Positions 55,791 through 64,000 of a stretch of 64,000 bases of DNA are shown here, piece by piece (the first letter of the stretch is position 1; the number at the start of each line of letters is the position of its first letter). Source of the stretch: a virus (lineage: Duplodnaviria > Caudoviricetes); IMG/VR virus record IMGVR_UViG_3300042402_006309, positions 1,887-65,886 of that record, one strand, 5' to 3'. The notes below the pieces were generated by a model. That model did not search any database, was not told the origin of the DNA, and worked only from the letters and a program-made list of their open reading frames with translations. Both the position numbers and the translations under genes were made by a program.

Positions 55791-56524
55791 GCACCACCAA
55801 TGACATCATCCTCGAAGGAGCCAGCGGCGGGCGCGATGACAACCGCGTCTGTTCGTTCACCGTGCCGTATCTGGCAAAGAACATCGGCGAACTGCTCACT
55901 GTCGGCAGGGGAGCATATCATGGACTCATGGAAACCGGCCGCGCGTGGCAGGCGATTGATGACGGCAGCGGTGGCTACATCGTCACCGTCCAATACAAGG
56001 GCTACACCGACGACGAGGAACCCGATCCCGAGGAAACCGAACAATGGAGCCTCGACTTCGATTTCGCGGAAGAGCCCATCGAGTCGCATCCCAAGATCGC
56101 CGACATAAAGGCAAAGTATGGGGCCTATTACGAGGAGTCGGGCGGGCCGTTGCGGTTTTCCGAGACAATGCCAAAAGGTGCCAAATCATCGTCGGGCCTC
56201 GGCGGCAAGGGCAAGCTCAAGGCGGGCGACCGCAACCCGATGCACGGTGTTTCGACTTATGCCGTGATGACCGCCCGTGTCACCCGCGTCTGGTCGTCGC
56301 GCAACATCCCGGCCAACGCGGTCAACGACATCGGCCGGGTGTATGAAAACATCCCCGACGCACCCAACGGCATCAACAAGATCGACTTCGGCGACCGCAA
56401 CTGGATGGCGATGCCGCCCAAGATCGCCCAGAACGGCGACGTGTGGCGCATTCAGAACGAATGGATGCTCTCGGCCGTCGGTGGCTGGGTCGAGGAAGTC
56501 TATGAAAAGGCCTCAAAACAATGA
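55787..56524 (+). CDS. Tail protein (distal tail position)
   Basis: Coupled to TMP; EEPIESHP. Confidence 0.6.
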   Translation: MSTTNDIILEGASGGRDDNRVCSFTVPYLAKNIGELLTVGRGAYHGLMETGRAWQAIDDGSGGYIVTVQYKGYTDDEEPDPEETEQWSLDFDFAEEPIESHPKIADIKAKYGAYYEESGGPLRFSETMPKGAKSSSGLGGKGKLKAGDRNPMHGVSTYAVMTARVTRVWSSRNIPANAVNDIGRVYENIPDAPNGINKIDFGDRNWMAMPPKIAQNGDVWRIQNEWMLSAVGGWVEEVYEKASKQ

Positions 56525-57201
56525 CCGCGCGCGAACTCAAGGTGAGGAAGGGGGAAAAGGTGCGCGACGCATGGGAACGTCTCGTGCGCTGGGTCGAGTC
56601 GCTCAAGATCGTGCCCGACAAGGACATCGACGTGCGCGTCACACCCCACGGCACGATAGTTCGTGTGCGCCACGACCGGCTTTACCGGCATCCGTTCCGC
56701 GTGATGGTCGGCGGGCAGGAGGCCGTCATCACCGCAGGCACCGTGAATGGCATCGTGCCGGTGGTGAGTGAAAGCGGATCCAAGCGGCGCATCGACAACC
56801 GCGACAAGGACGGGGCACGCGAAACCGAAAAGGAAGCGCCACGGCTCAAGCTCGACCTCGGCAAGGCATCCAAAGACGGGCGGATCTTCATTTCGCTGCG
56901 GGTAAAGCCGTCCGTTTCCGCCGGCATCGCGGGCGTGATCACCAACAAGGCTGGCGAGGACACCAGCGAAGACATCGGGATCGTGCAAACCGACAGCGCC
57001 AAAGGACCGCTCGACGGACACGGTTACTATCCACTGGCAATGCTCCATCTAACTAAAGACCGCAGCGGCGTGGAGCAGGTGTTCCAGATCGTCCATCACA
57101 ACATCCGCTATGCATTCCAAGAACGGAATCCAAGCGAGGGCGAGTTGAAGGAAAATCCTGAACTCAAGTCCGTCGGTCGCCACTTGTTTTTTCCGACATG
57201 A
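56521..57201 (+). CDS. Tail-region protein
   Basis: Coupled operon gene. Confidence 0.65.
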   Translation: MTARELKVRKGEKVRDAWERLVRWVESLKIVPDKDIDVRVTPHGTIVRVRHDRLYRHPFRVMVGGQEAVITAGTVNGIVPVVSESGSKRRIDNRDKDGARETEKEAPRLKLDLGKASKDGRIFISLRVKPSVSAGIAGVITNKAGEDTSEDIGIVQTDSAKGPLDGHGYYPLAMLHLTKDRSGVEQVFQIVHHNIRYAFQERNPSEGELKENPELKSVGRHLFFPT

Positions 57202-58271
57202 AACCCGTCACGAAAACCAAACTGCCGGTGCTGCGCCATCAGACGTGGAACGCAATGATTGATGAAATCACGCGGAGGCTGCCGATCAAGTTTGTGCGCA
57301 TGGGCCAGAAGTGGGCGCATCCGTGGAGCATTGTTCCCTCATGGGACATGGAGCGGGAAGCATGGCTGCTGCGGATCAAACCCGGCTTCATCAACGGGCT
57401 GGATGCAGAGATCGACCTGCCCGCTGAGATCGCGCCGACAAGATCGTTAGATCGAATCAAGGACACCAGCGGCAAAAAACCCGAAGGAAAGGAAAGCGTG
57501 ACAGCACGTCTCACTGAATTCCCCGACATCCCGGTGGGCAACAACACGCGCCTCATCGGCAAAGGAGCAAATGCCGAATCGTTTTCCGTGACGCCCGACG
57601 GCATGCCCGTGTTTCAGTTCGAGGCCGTGCCGGAAATGTTCCTCACCATGGGCGTGAAGCCGGAATCCGCCAACTTCATCGGCAACCTCAACACGGGCAT
57701 CCAGATCGTCGAAACGCCCGACGATGATCCAGGCGAGGCATCCATCCTGCGGGCGTGCGACGTGGCGCTCTATCTCGACCGTCCCTCAGCCAAGCTCGAC
57801 CTCATGCGCGGCGTGGGGGCACTCGATTCGTTCAACGCGGTGATGACCATCATCTACAACCGCAGCACTCCCGCCCGCGAACACCCGTGGCTCGACATCA
57901 CGCCGAAATACCGCCCGCGGGTGGACATCGACCTTGGCGACTTCCTCCAGGAATCCACCGATCCCGAGTTCGACACGCTCAAGATCGGCACCGTCTATTT
58001 CCTCTCGCCGCCGGGTGCCTCGCCAGACGATCCCATGGACGAGACATGGAACGCGTTTCCGAAGCACGATCAGTTCTGGAACCTGGTCCATGCGCCGCAG
58101 CGCATCCATGATCCGACACCCATCGAACCGATCCGACTGCAAACGGGATTGGCGGGAGGTCTGGCAGACATGATCTTTGCGGACCTGCTCGCCATGAACA
58201 ACGACGCGTTTCTTTCCGCCGCGCAAATCCTTCGCAATCGCAACCTCGCAGGAAGATTTTGGAGCTTATGA
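57198..58271 (+). CDS. Tail-region protein
   Basis: Coupled operon gene. Confidence 0.65.
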   Translation: MKPVTKTKLPVLRHQTWNAMIDEITRRLPIKFVRMGQKWAHPWSIVPSWDMEREAWLLRIKPGFINGLDAEIDLPAEIAPTRSLDRIKDTSGKKPEGKESVTARLTEFPDIPVGNNTRLIGKGANAESFSVTPDGMPVFQFEAVPEMFLTMGVKPESANFIGNLNTGIQIVETPDDDPGEASILRACDVALYLDRPSAKLDLMRGVGALDSFNAVMTIIYNRSTPAREHPWLDITPKYRPRVDIDLGDFLQESTDPEFDTLKIGTVYFLSPPGASPDDPMDETWNAFPKHDQFWNLVHAPQRIHDPTPIEPIRLQTGLAGGLADMIFADLLAMNNDAFLSAAQILRNRNLAGRFWSL

Positions 58272-58435
58272 GTGAATCCACCGACAGCAAAGACGGCTAC
58301 GGCCTCGACAAACAGGCGCGTCTGAATGCCAAGCGTCTCGGCAAGGACGAGGAGGAAGCATCGCAGGCGGCCCCGCTCGATCCGCCGTTCCCTTATCTAA
58401 TGGTGGCATTCGACGCGGAGTTTTTCGGGCTGTGA
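58268..58435 (+). CDS. Small protein (55 aa, below track cutoff)
   Basis: ATGA overlap; MSESTDSKDGYGLDKQARLN...FDAEFFGL. Confidence 0.6.
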   Translation: MSESTDSKDGYGLDKQARLNAKRLGKDEEEASQAAPLDPPFPYLMVAFDAEFFGL

Positions 58436-58458
58436 GTTGACGCGGGACTCAGGGCGAA

Positions 58459-61161
58459 ATGCAAGCCCTGGTCTTTGCCGACATCACCAACCGCAGATTG
58501 AGTTCCACCATCGGCGGCAGCGCCTTGAATCTGCCCGCGCTTGTCCAGGGGGATTCGGTGCGACTCGGCCTGCGGTTGACTGAAACCATCGAAGGCGCAA
58601 CCAGCGAAGTGCGCCGTGAGGTCGTTTATGCGCGGGCCTCGCTTGGATTTGTGGATGCACGGCCGACCGGTGGCTTCTTCGTCCTGCGCCTCGGCAATGG
58701 TCCCTACGTCGAGAACGTGAACCAAACGCCGCCGATTTCCCATGATGCGAGCGCCGACACACTGAAATCCGCTCTGCTGGCCCTCAGTCTCGATCAACTT
58801 GCCGTGGCCAAGCAGGACGGTTCGTGGCTCATCAGCCGCAATGGCGAACAACTCTCACTCGGCGGCGCACCATTCCCGGGCCTCGCCTCCGAACTCAAGC
58901 CGCTGTCCTTTGTGCGCGTCCGCGAGCAGACGATCAACGGTTCCCGCCGATACGAGGTTCGGCTGATTCAGGCCCCTCTGGCATCGACCGCCTCGTTTGA
59001 TTTGCTGGTGCCGCCTGCGCCATTGGTCACGCGTGTCCAGGAAGGCGGAAGTTCGGCCACCACCGTCTGGCCCGAAATCCAGTCCCTGCGCATCCAGCCG
59101 ACGTTTGGTGGCACCTATCAGATCCGGCGGGGCTACAAAAAGACCGGCGAGCTCTCGGTGGAGGATGGACCCGAGGAAATCCAGACCGCATTACAGGCGC
59201 TTGCCGACGAGGATGGATCGTTCACGGTCACCAATCCCATCACCAACACCGCGCATATCACCTTTGGCGGTTCGATGGCCGGCATCCCCCAAGACCTATT
59301 GGAAATCGCCGTGTTCGCCGCACCCGAAGGCGACCCGACGATCACGCTCAACCTCAACACCGCCGAACTGGCCGCCGCGCTTCGTGCCTCGGATGACATC
59401 CGCCCGACGCTTGAAATCGAACTGACCGTCCGCGACGAAAACGACCCGGCCAAGCTGCATGTGCTCACGCCATTCCGCTCGCCAATCACAGTGGTCCGCG
59501 AGTTGAACTGGGAGGGACTCGAAACCGCAGCTAACATCGACTGGCTGCGCCCGCCCTACGGCAGAAGTTATGTCCCGTTCACTCCCGACCAGATCATCAC
59601 CGGCTCGCAGCATCATGTCAGCGTGATCGGCGACGGCGGCAATCAGGAGTTCACGATTTCACACAACCTCGGCACCCGCGACCTGCATGTCACGCTGCGC
59701 AACAACGGCGGCGACCTGGCCATCATTCAACCAGAGTCCGTCACGCTCGACAGCGATGATGACCTCACCATCACGCTTGCCGATGTGGCCGACCTCAACG
59801 GCATCGTGGTCACGATTTCCACCGCAGGCCCGGTGAGCGCGTTCCAAGAGCACGGACACACCATCGCTCAGATTGAGGGCTTGCAAACCGTGCTCGATGA
59901 CCTCGGCGGACGTGTGGAAGGCCTCGAAGCCTTCATCCCTTCCTCGTCGTTCTCGGTGAGCAGCACCCAACAAACGATCATCGCCGCGTGGGAACTGCCT
60001 GAGATTTTTGAGGTGTTTCCAACACGCGCCAAGATCGAGGCCAAGGACGTTCCTTCGATCAAGCCCGCCGACCTGCCGCGTGAGGGTGGATTGCTGCCTG
60101 CCGTCTATACCGGCGACCTGATCCGCGACTATGTGGTGACGACCAACGAATTGTGGACCGGAACAAATCCTGAAGACTTCGGCCCGCTCAGGTATTGGAG
60201 TGACATTGACGGTTGGCATGTCTGGCACGGAGAACTCAACGGCTACGACGAAGTGACTGGCGACCTCATCTATGGCACCGTGCTGAGGAAAAGCCCGAAC
60301 GCGAATGACAGCAGATGGGTGCTCATCGTTCAGAGCGAGGGCGGTCCTTCCGTGCTCTACTTGGGGCCTTGGCAGGAACCGCTGCCGGATTCGCCGCCGA
60401 TCACCGGATGGCCGCCATCGATGGCCTTGGCATACACGCCGCTGGCCTTTCCGGATTACAATGGCGAGCTGCCATCTTTATCGCAAGCCGGTGCCATCTA
60501 CGGTCATTACAACACCGCCGTCGATCTGATCCTGCCAGGATACCTCGGCCGCAGGTCCACCAAGCTCAAGGCACCCGCCACCTACACATACGACGGGCGC
60601 GGGTTCTATCAGGTGGGGCAGATGAACGAGAACGAGCTGGTGTTCTATCCGAAGGATTTCGAGCGCGAGCTGTTCCGCATCCACGTCAACGGCAAGCAGC
60701 TTCGACTCGGCAAGTCGCTGCGACTCGACTTTTCGTTTGTCGCGGCCGTCTTCAAATCCAACACGTCCGTCCAGTGGGGCGTGGTCATCGACATCGGCCT
60801 GCCATCGGCGAATCCCGCGAGTCCAAGCAACATCTATGATGTCACGTTCCTGCCGCCATCGCTCGATCACGCGTTCATGCTCACTGCGGTCCCGTCATCA
60901 CATAACTTCGGCCTGCGTGTGACGAGGAAGCTGGTCGATGCCGTGGAAACCTTCGCGGTGGACCGTGTCATCTATGGGGCACTCGAAGCCAGTGGCTCGG
61001 CACTCAACAGCGCGAACTTCATCGTGCGTGGCCGACTGGTCCGCTTCGACACCGACAATCACCAGACTGATCCACGCGGCCTCGTCGCGTTTCACGGACT
61101 TAAAGCCACCCTCGTTGAAGGCGGTGACGAATCGGAATTCGGCAAAGCAACCATCCAATAA
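58459..61161 (+). CDS. Large tail/baseplate or fibre protein
   Basis: 900 aa beta-rich; HNLGTRD and HGHTIAQIEGLQ fibre-like motifs. Confidence 0.7.
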   Translation: MQALVFADITNRRLSSTIGGSALNLPALVQGDSVRLGLRLTETIEGATSEVRREVVYARASLGFVDARPTGGFFVLRLGNGPYVENVNQTPPISHDASADTLKSALLALSLDQLAVAKQDGSWLISRNGEQLSLGGAPFPGLASELKPLSFVRVREQTINGSRRYEVRLIQAPLASTASFDLLVPPAPLVTRVQEGGSSATTVWPEIQSLRIQPTFGGTYQIRRGYKKTGELSVEDGPEEIQTALQALADEDGSFTVTNPITNTAHITFGGSMAGIPQDLLEIAVFAAPEGDPTITLNLNTAELAAALRASDDIRPTLEIELTVRDENDPAKLHVLTPFRSPITVVRELNWEGLETAANIDWLRPPYGRSYVPFTPDQIITGSQHHVSVIGDGGNQEFTISHNLGTRDLHVTLRNNGGDLAIIQPESVTLDSDDDLTITLADVADLNGIVVTISTAGPVSAFQEHGHTIAQIEGLQTVLDDLGGRVEGLEAFIPSSSFSVSSTQQTIIAAWELPEIFEVFPTRAKIEAKDVPSIKPADLPREGGLLPAVYTGDLIRDYVVTTNELWTGTNPEDFGPLRYWSDIDGWHVWHGELNGYDEVTGDLIYGTVLRKSPNANDSRWVLIVQSEGGPSVLYLGPWQEPLPDSPPITGWPPSMALAYTPLAFPDYNGELPSLSQAGAIYGHYNTAVDLILPGYLGRRSTKLKAPATYTYDGRGFYQVGQMNENELVFYPKDFERELFRIHVNGKQLRLGKSLRLDFSFVAAVFKSNTSVQWGVVIDIGLPSANPASPSNIYDVTFLPPSLDHAFMLTAVPSSHNFGLRVTRKLVDAVETFAVDRVIYGALEASGSALNSANFIVRGRLVRFDTDNHQTDPRGLVAFHGLKATLVEGGDESEFGKATIQ

Positions 61162-61163
61162 CC

Positions 61164-61910
61164 ATGGCCATCCCTGTCATCAGCAACACGACCTCGATCC
61201 TCGGCTATCGCCGCAAACAGCCCTTCGCCTACCAGCCGTATGCGAGCGATGCGCCGACATCGTGGACCGCCACCGGACTGCCGCAGGGCGTCACCATCAA
61301 TGCCGCCAGCGGCTTGATTTCCGGCGCTGCGGATGTAGCGGGCGTTTATGTGGTGAGCCTCAAGGCGACCAACGGGACGGGCAGCTCCGCCGCGCACCTG
61401 ATTGCGATGGGCATCGAGGACGCGGCAATGAACGACAGTATCGGCGTGGAGTTGAACGTGGATGCGCGCAGCGGCTATGTCGCGGCTTCAGGTCAATCGC
61501 AGACCGATCCCGACCAGGCGATCCTCTTCGCCAAACGCGGCGATGTGGTCTTTCTCGACGTGGGCTTTTGGAAGGACGGCGTGTTGCAGGATTTGCCAAT
61601 CGCCGATTTGAAATTCCAGATGCGCGAGTTCGACGGCGAAACCGTGCTGGTGAGTTCAAGCGGCACCATCGAGGATCTCGGCGGCCCGGCTGATCCCCGC
61701 TACCGCATCGCGGTGAATTTCACTTCGGACGAACTCGCCGCCGCGCTTGGTGGATACGAGGGCGACTACCGCACCGGCTTTCTCGCCATTGCCGAAGTGC
61801 AATGGACGATCATGCACGCGTCGCCTGCCTATCCCGAAGCGGAACTGGCAACCCGCTCATCGCAAACCTTCCGCGTGTTCGTGCAGCGCGACCTCATCCC
61901 CAACACCTGA
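61164..61910 (+). CDS. Ig-like (He_PIG) domain tail protein
   Basis: WTATGLPQGVTINAASGLISG...VSLKATNGTGS. Confidence 0.8.
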   Translation: MAIPVISNTTSILGYRRKQPFAYQPYASDAPTSWTATGLPQGVTINAASGLISGAADVAGVYVVSLKATNGTGSSAAHLIAMGIEDAAMNDSIGVELNVDARSGYVAASGQSQTDPDQAILFAKRGDVVFLDVGFWKDGVLQDLPIADLKFQMREFDGETVLVSSSGTIEDLGGPADPRYRIAVNFTSDELAAALGGYEGDYRTGFLAIAEVQWTIMHASPAYPEAELATRSSQTFRVFVQRDLIPNT

Positions 61911-61918
61911 TCTGACTC

Positions 61919-63238
61919 ATGGAAGGCATCGGAATGATCTGGCCACTGGCCGCCGCATACGCCCGCAAAGGATGGGCGGTGCGCCGCGCCGGATGGGAAA
62001 ATCCCTACATTGCGACGGGAGCGGCTCTGGCATCCAACTCGCTGCGCTGGATTGTCTGGCAGAACGCACTCTTTCACACGATCTATCAGGAACGCGGTGA
62101 CGATTACATCGGCACACGGATCAGCCGCCCGGTTCTCAACACCGATTTCACCGAAGCCGATTTCCGCGCCGACGACTGGACCGTTCTCACCCCGTCCTGT
62201 CTCGCTTCCGGTGGCTCCGGCAATCCAGGGCAGCAGGGGTTCCAGCCCTATCCTCAAAACGGCACCGAGTCGCCCTCCGTCGATCCGCAATATCCCAACA
62301 TCTATTTCGGCACCTGCCCGACGGTTCCGCCCGTCATTTCCAGCGGCGATCCAGGCACCGGAGATTCCCCCAACGAGCAACCACCGACGTTTCCCGCATG
62401 GCCGATAGACGAGCCAAATTCGGATCCAGGAAGTTCTCTCCCGCAAGGCCCGCTTCCATCTGGAGGTTTTGGCGGCGGCGGTGGTGGCGGTGGCGGTGGC
62501 ACTAGCGGGGACCGCAGCCCGCGTGAGCAGCCCAAGCGTCCGGCCGCAGCACCGCTCTCGCTCGTGGTATCCGCCTCCACCCCGGCATGCCACCTCGGGG
62601 AAAATGCCACCGAACAACTTATCGTCACCGCGTCCATGGGTGCCGCGCCAAGCGCTCAGGCCAACGGGCTCTACTGGGTGACGGTGACGGTTCAAAATGT
62701 TTCGCAACGCCACAACCTCGCGCCTGGAGACAGCCACGCGTTCACCTTCGCCAACATCCCGGGCAAACCCGGCGTGACGCAATTCGTCATCAACGGCACC
62801 GCCTACCTTCCTATCAAACGTCTCACCTCCCGGGCCTCGCTGCGCAAGACAATGAACGAAGGATGCGTCGGCTATTATCTCTCGCTGCTGTGCCAGTCGG
62901 AGCCATGCCATGAGGGAACCGGGCGCATGACGGTCACAAGTCCTGGTGCCGGCCAGATCTATCAAGGGTGTCCGTCCATCGGCAATGTATTCATTGCCGG
63001 AACACTCGAAGCCAACACGCAAATCCAACTCGCTTACTCTGCAGCCGACCCATGCCAATACCATTGCTGCGACAACGCCGTATTCGGCATCCTGCTCAAC
63101 CGCCACATCGAAGGCGTCTCGCCGGATGCATTCGTGAACCTCGGCTCGGTCAATCTCAACAACGGCTCCGACTGCGGCAACCGCTCCGGTTCCGTCACCG
63201 TCACTGCTGCTCATCTCGACGCGCTCGCCGCACCTTGA
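61919..63238 (+). CDS. DUF2829/Tad2-like N-domain + Pro/Gly linker + Cys-rich domain protein
   Basis: WPLAAAYARKGWAVRRAGW...DFRADDWTVL; Gly run; Cys-rich C-terminus. Confidence 0.65.
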   Translation: MEGIGMIWPLAAAYARKGWAVRRAGWENPYIATGAALASNSLRWIVWQNALFHTIYQERGDDYIGTRISRPVLNTDFTEADFRADDWTVLTPSCLASGGSGNPGQQGFQPYPQNGTESPSVDPQYPNIYFGTCPTVPPVISSGDPGTGDSPNEQPPTFPAWPIDEPNSDPGSSLPQGPLPSGGFGGGGGGGGGGTSGDRSPREQPKRPAAAPLSLVVSASTPACHLGENATEQLIVTASMGAAPSAQANGLYWVTVTVQNVSQRHNLAPGDSHAFTFANIPGKPGVTQFVINGTAYLPIKRLTSRASLRKTMNEGCVGYYLSLLCQSEPCHEGTGRMTVTSPGAGQIYQGCPSIGNVFIAGTLEANTQIQLAYSAADPCQYHCCDNAVFGILLNRHIEGVSPDAFVNLGSVNLNNGSDCGNRSGSVTVTAAHLDALAAP

Positions 63239-63241
63239 CCC

Positions 63242-63634
63242 ATGATTACAATTCCCGTCGCCACCCTTCACGCCGTCGCTCCGAACAAGCCCGCCGGTTA
63301 CGTCACCGCATGCCTGGCCGCAGGCACCGTGGAAAACGGCATCCTACACATCGCCCCGGCTGAATTCGCCCGCATTCGCGGCACGTATTCCACCCCGTCG
63401 CTCGTTCGGCAGGCCGTGTCGCTCGGCAAGGCGCTGGTCCATGAATGCCGCAGCATCGCCGCCGACGTCGAGCCCGTGACGAACGAAGCCAAGGCCGCCC
63501 GCCACGCCATCTGCGCCGAATGCGAGTTCATGATAGCATCCGAAAACCGCTGCTCGAAATGCGGCTGCAATCTGGAGGCCAAGGCCGCCATGCGCTCGCA
63601 GTCATGTCCGCTTGGCAAATGGCCGCGCAGTTGA
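63242..63634 (+). CDS. Cys-rich zinc-binding protein (DUF6171-like)
   Basis: RHAICAECE...RCSKCGC...K...CPLGKW. Confidence 0.75.
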   Translation: MITIPVATLHAVAPNKPAGYVTACLAAGTVENGILHIAPAEFARIRGTYSTPSLVRQAVSLGKALVHECRSIAADVEPVTNEAKAARHAICAECEFMIASENRCSKCGCNLEAKAAMRSQSCPLGKWPRS

Positions 63635-63649
63635 CAGCCGCTCATGGCC

Positions 63650-64000
63650 GTGAAGCTCTACGTCAGCCTGGACCAACTTCAACTGATCGAGGGACCGGGA
63701 CTCACCAACCCGGTCACCGCCCTGAGGTTCAAGCGCGGGGATGAAAGCAGGCTTGAGGTTGTCTTTCTTGTTGCTGGCAGTCCCGTGACCATCGGCGATC
63801 CCGCGCTGCTCGCCATCCAGTTCGGTGCCAAGGAGCGCGGCAAGTTTCACACGTCCTATCTCGTCCACTCTAACGATTGGACCATGCCCGCCACCGGGGC
63901 AGAGCCGCCGACCTATGCCTGCGCGGCGAACTTCAACACCACCGAACTCAACTCCGCGATGGGCGTGGGCGGCGACACCGAGTTGTCAGAAATCACCCTC
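63650..64000 (+). CDS. Tail-region protein, partial
   Basis: GTG 63650 (or ATG 63644): KLYVSLDQLQLIEGPGLTNPVTALRFKRGD...; runs off the right edge. Confidence 0.7.
   Translation, partial: MKLYVSLDQLQLIEGPGLTNPVTALRFKRGDESRLEVVFLVAGSPVTIGDPALLAIQFGAKERGKFHTSYLVHSNDWTMPATGAEPPTYACAANFNTTELNSAMGVGGDTELSEITL

Larger units (their letters stand above)
14886..64000. mobile_element. Lambda-like prophage (left boundary approximate; continues past the right edge)
   Basis: Repressor/ImmA, recombination, replication, GpA terminase, lambda-type portal, S49 protease, capsid and tail modules in lambdoid order. Confidence 0.9.

Noticed and set aside
62468-62500. (GGC/GGT)n run
   Set aside because: Simply encodes a glycine linker
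58459-64000. Diversity-generating retroelement acting on tail genes
   Set aside because: No reverse transcriptase or TR/VR pair seen in the window

Overview
GC-rich bacterial window, probably Verrucomicrobiota (inferred from a PEP-CTERM gene, the style of the secreted DxDGDG/PA14 proteins and the Rhs accessory genes). Positions 1 to ~14.6 kb are host DNA with two minus-strand Rhs-type operons: a truncated Rhs-like gene with HEAT and PA14 partners, and a TPR-C39 peptidase-Rhs toxin with its immunity gene. From ~14.9 kb to the right edge is a lambda-like prophage, with no integrase or att site visible in the window. Its modules in order are: a leftward repressor/ImmA operon ending in a Type III R-M system; recombination and replication genes; an atypical tRNA-Met-like element; a candidate cos-like region; an accessory island with repeated promoters and a DNA ligase; a ParB/methyltransferase/HAD/CmoA cassette coupled to the terminase; lysis, head and tail genes. 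Best candidates for new biology: (1) a packaging-linked carboxy-SAM DNA-modification cassette; (2) a GTTGACA motif 13-18 nt before at least 12 phage start codons, too close to be a normal -35; (3) an Rhs protein with its own C39 peptidase and a double-glycine site; (4) a Tad2/DUF2829-like domain fused to a tail-region protein. All family assignments are by motif recognition only; no searches were run.
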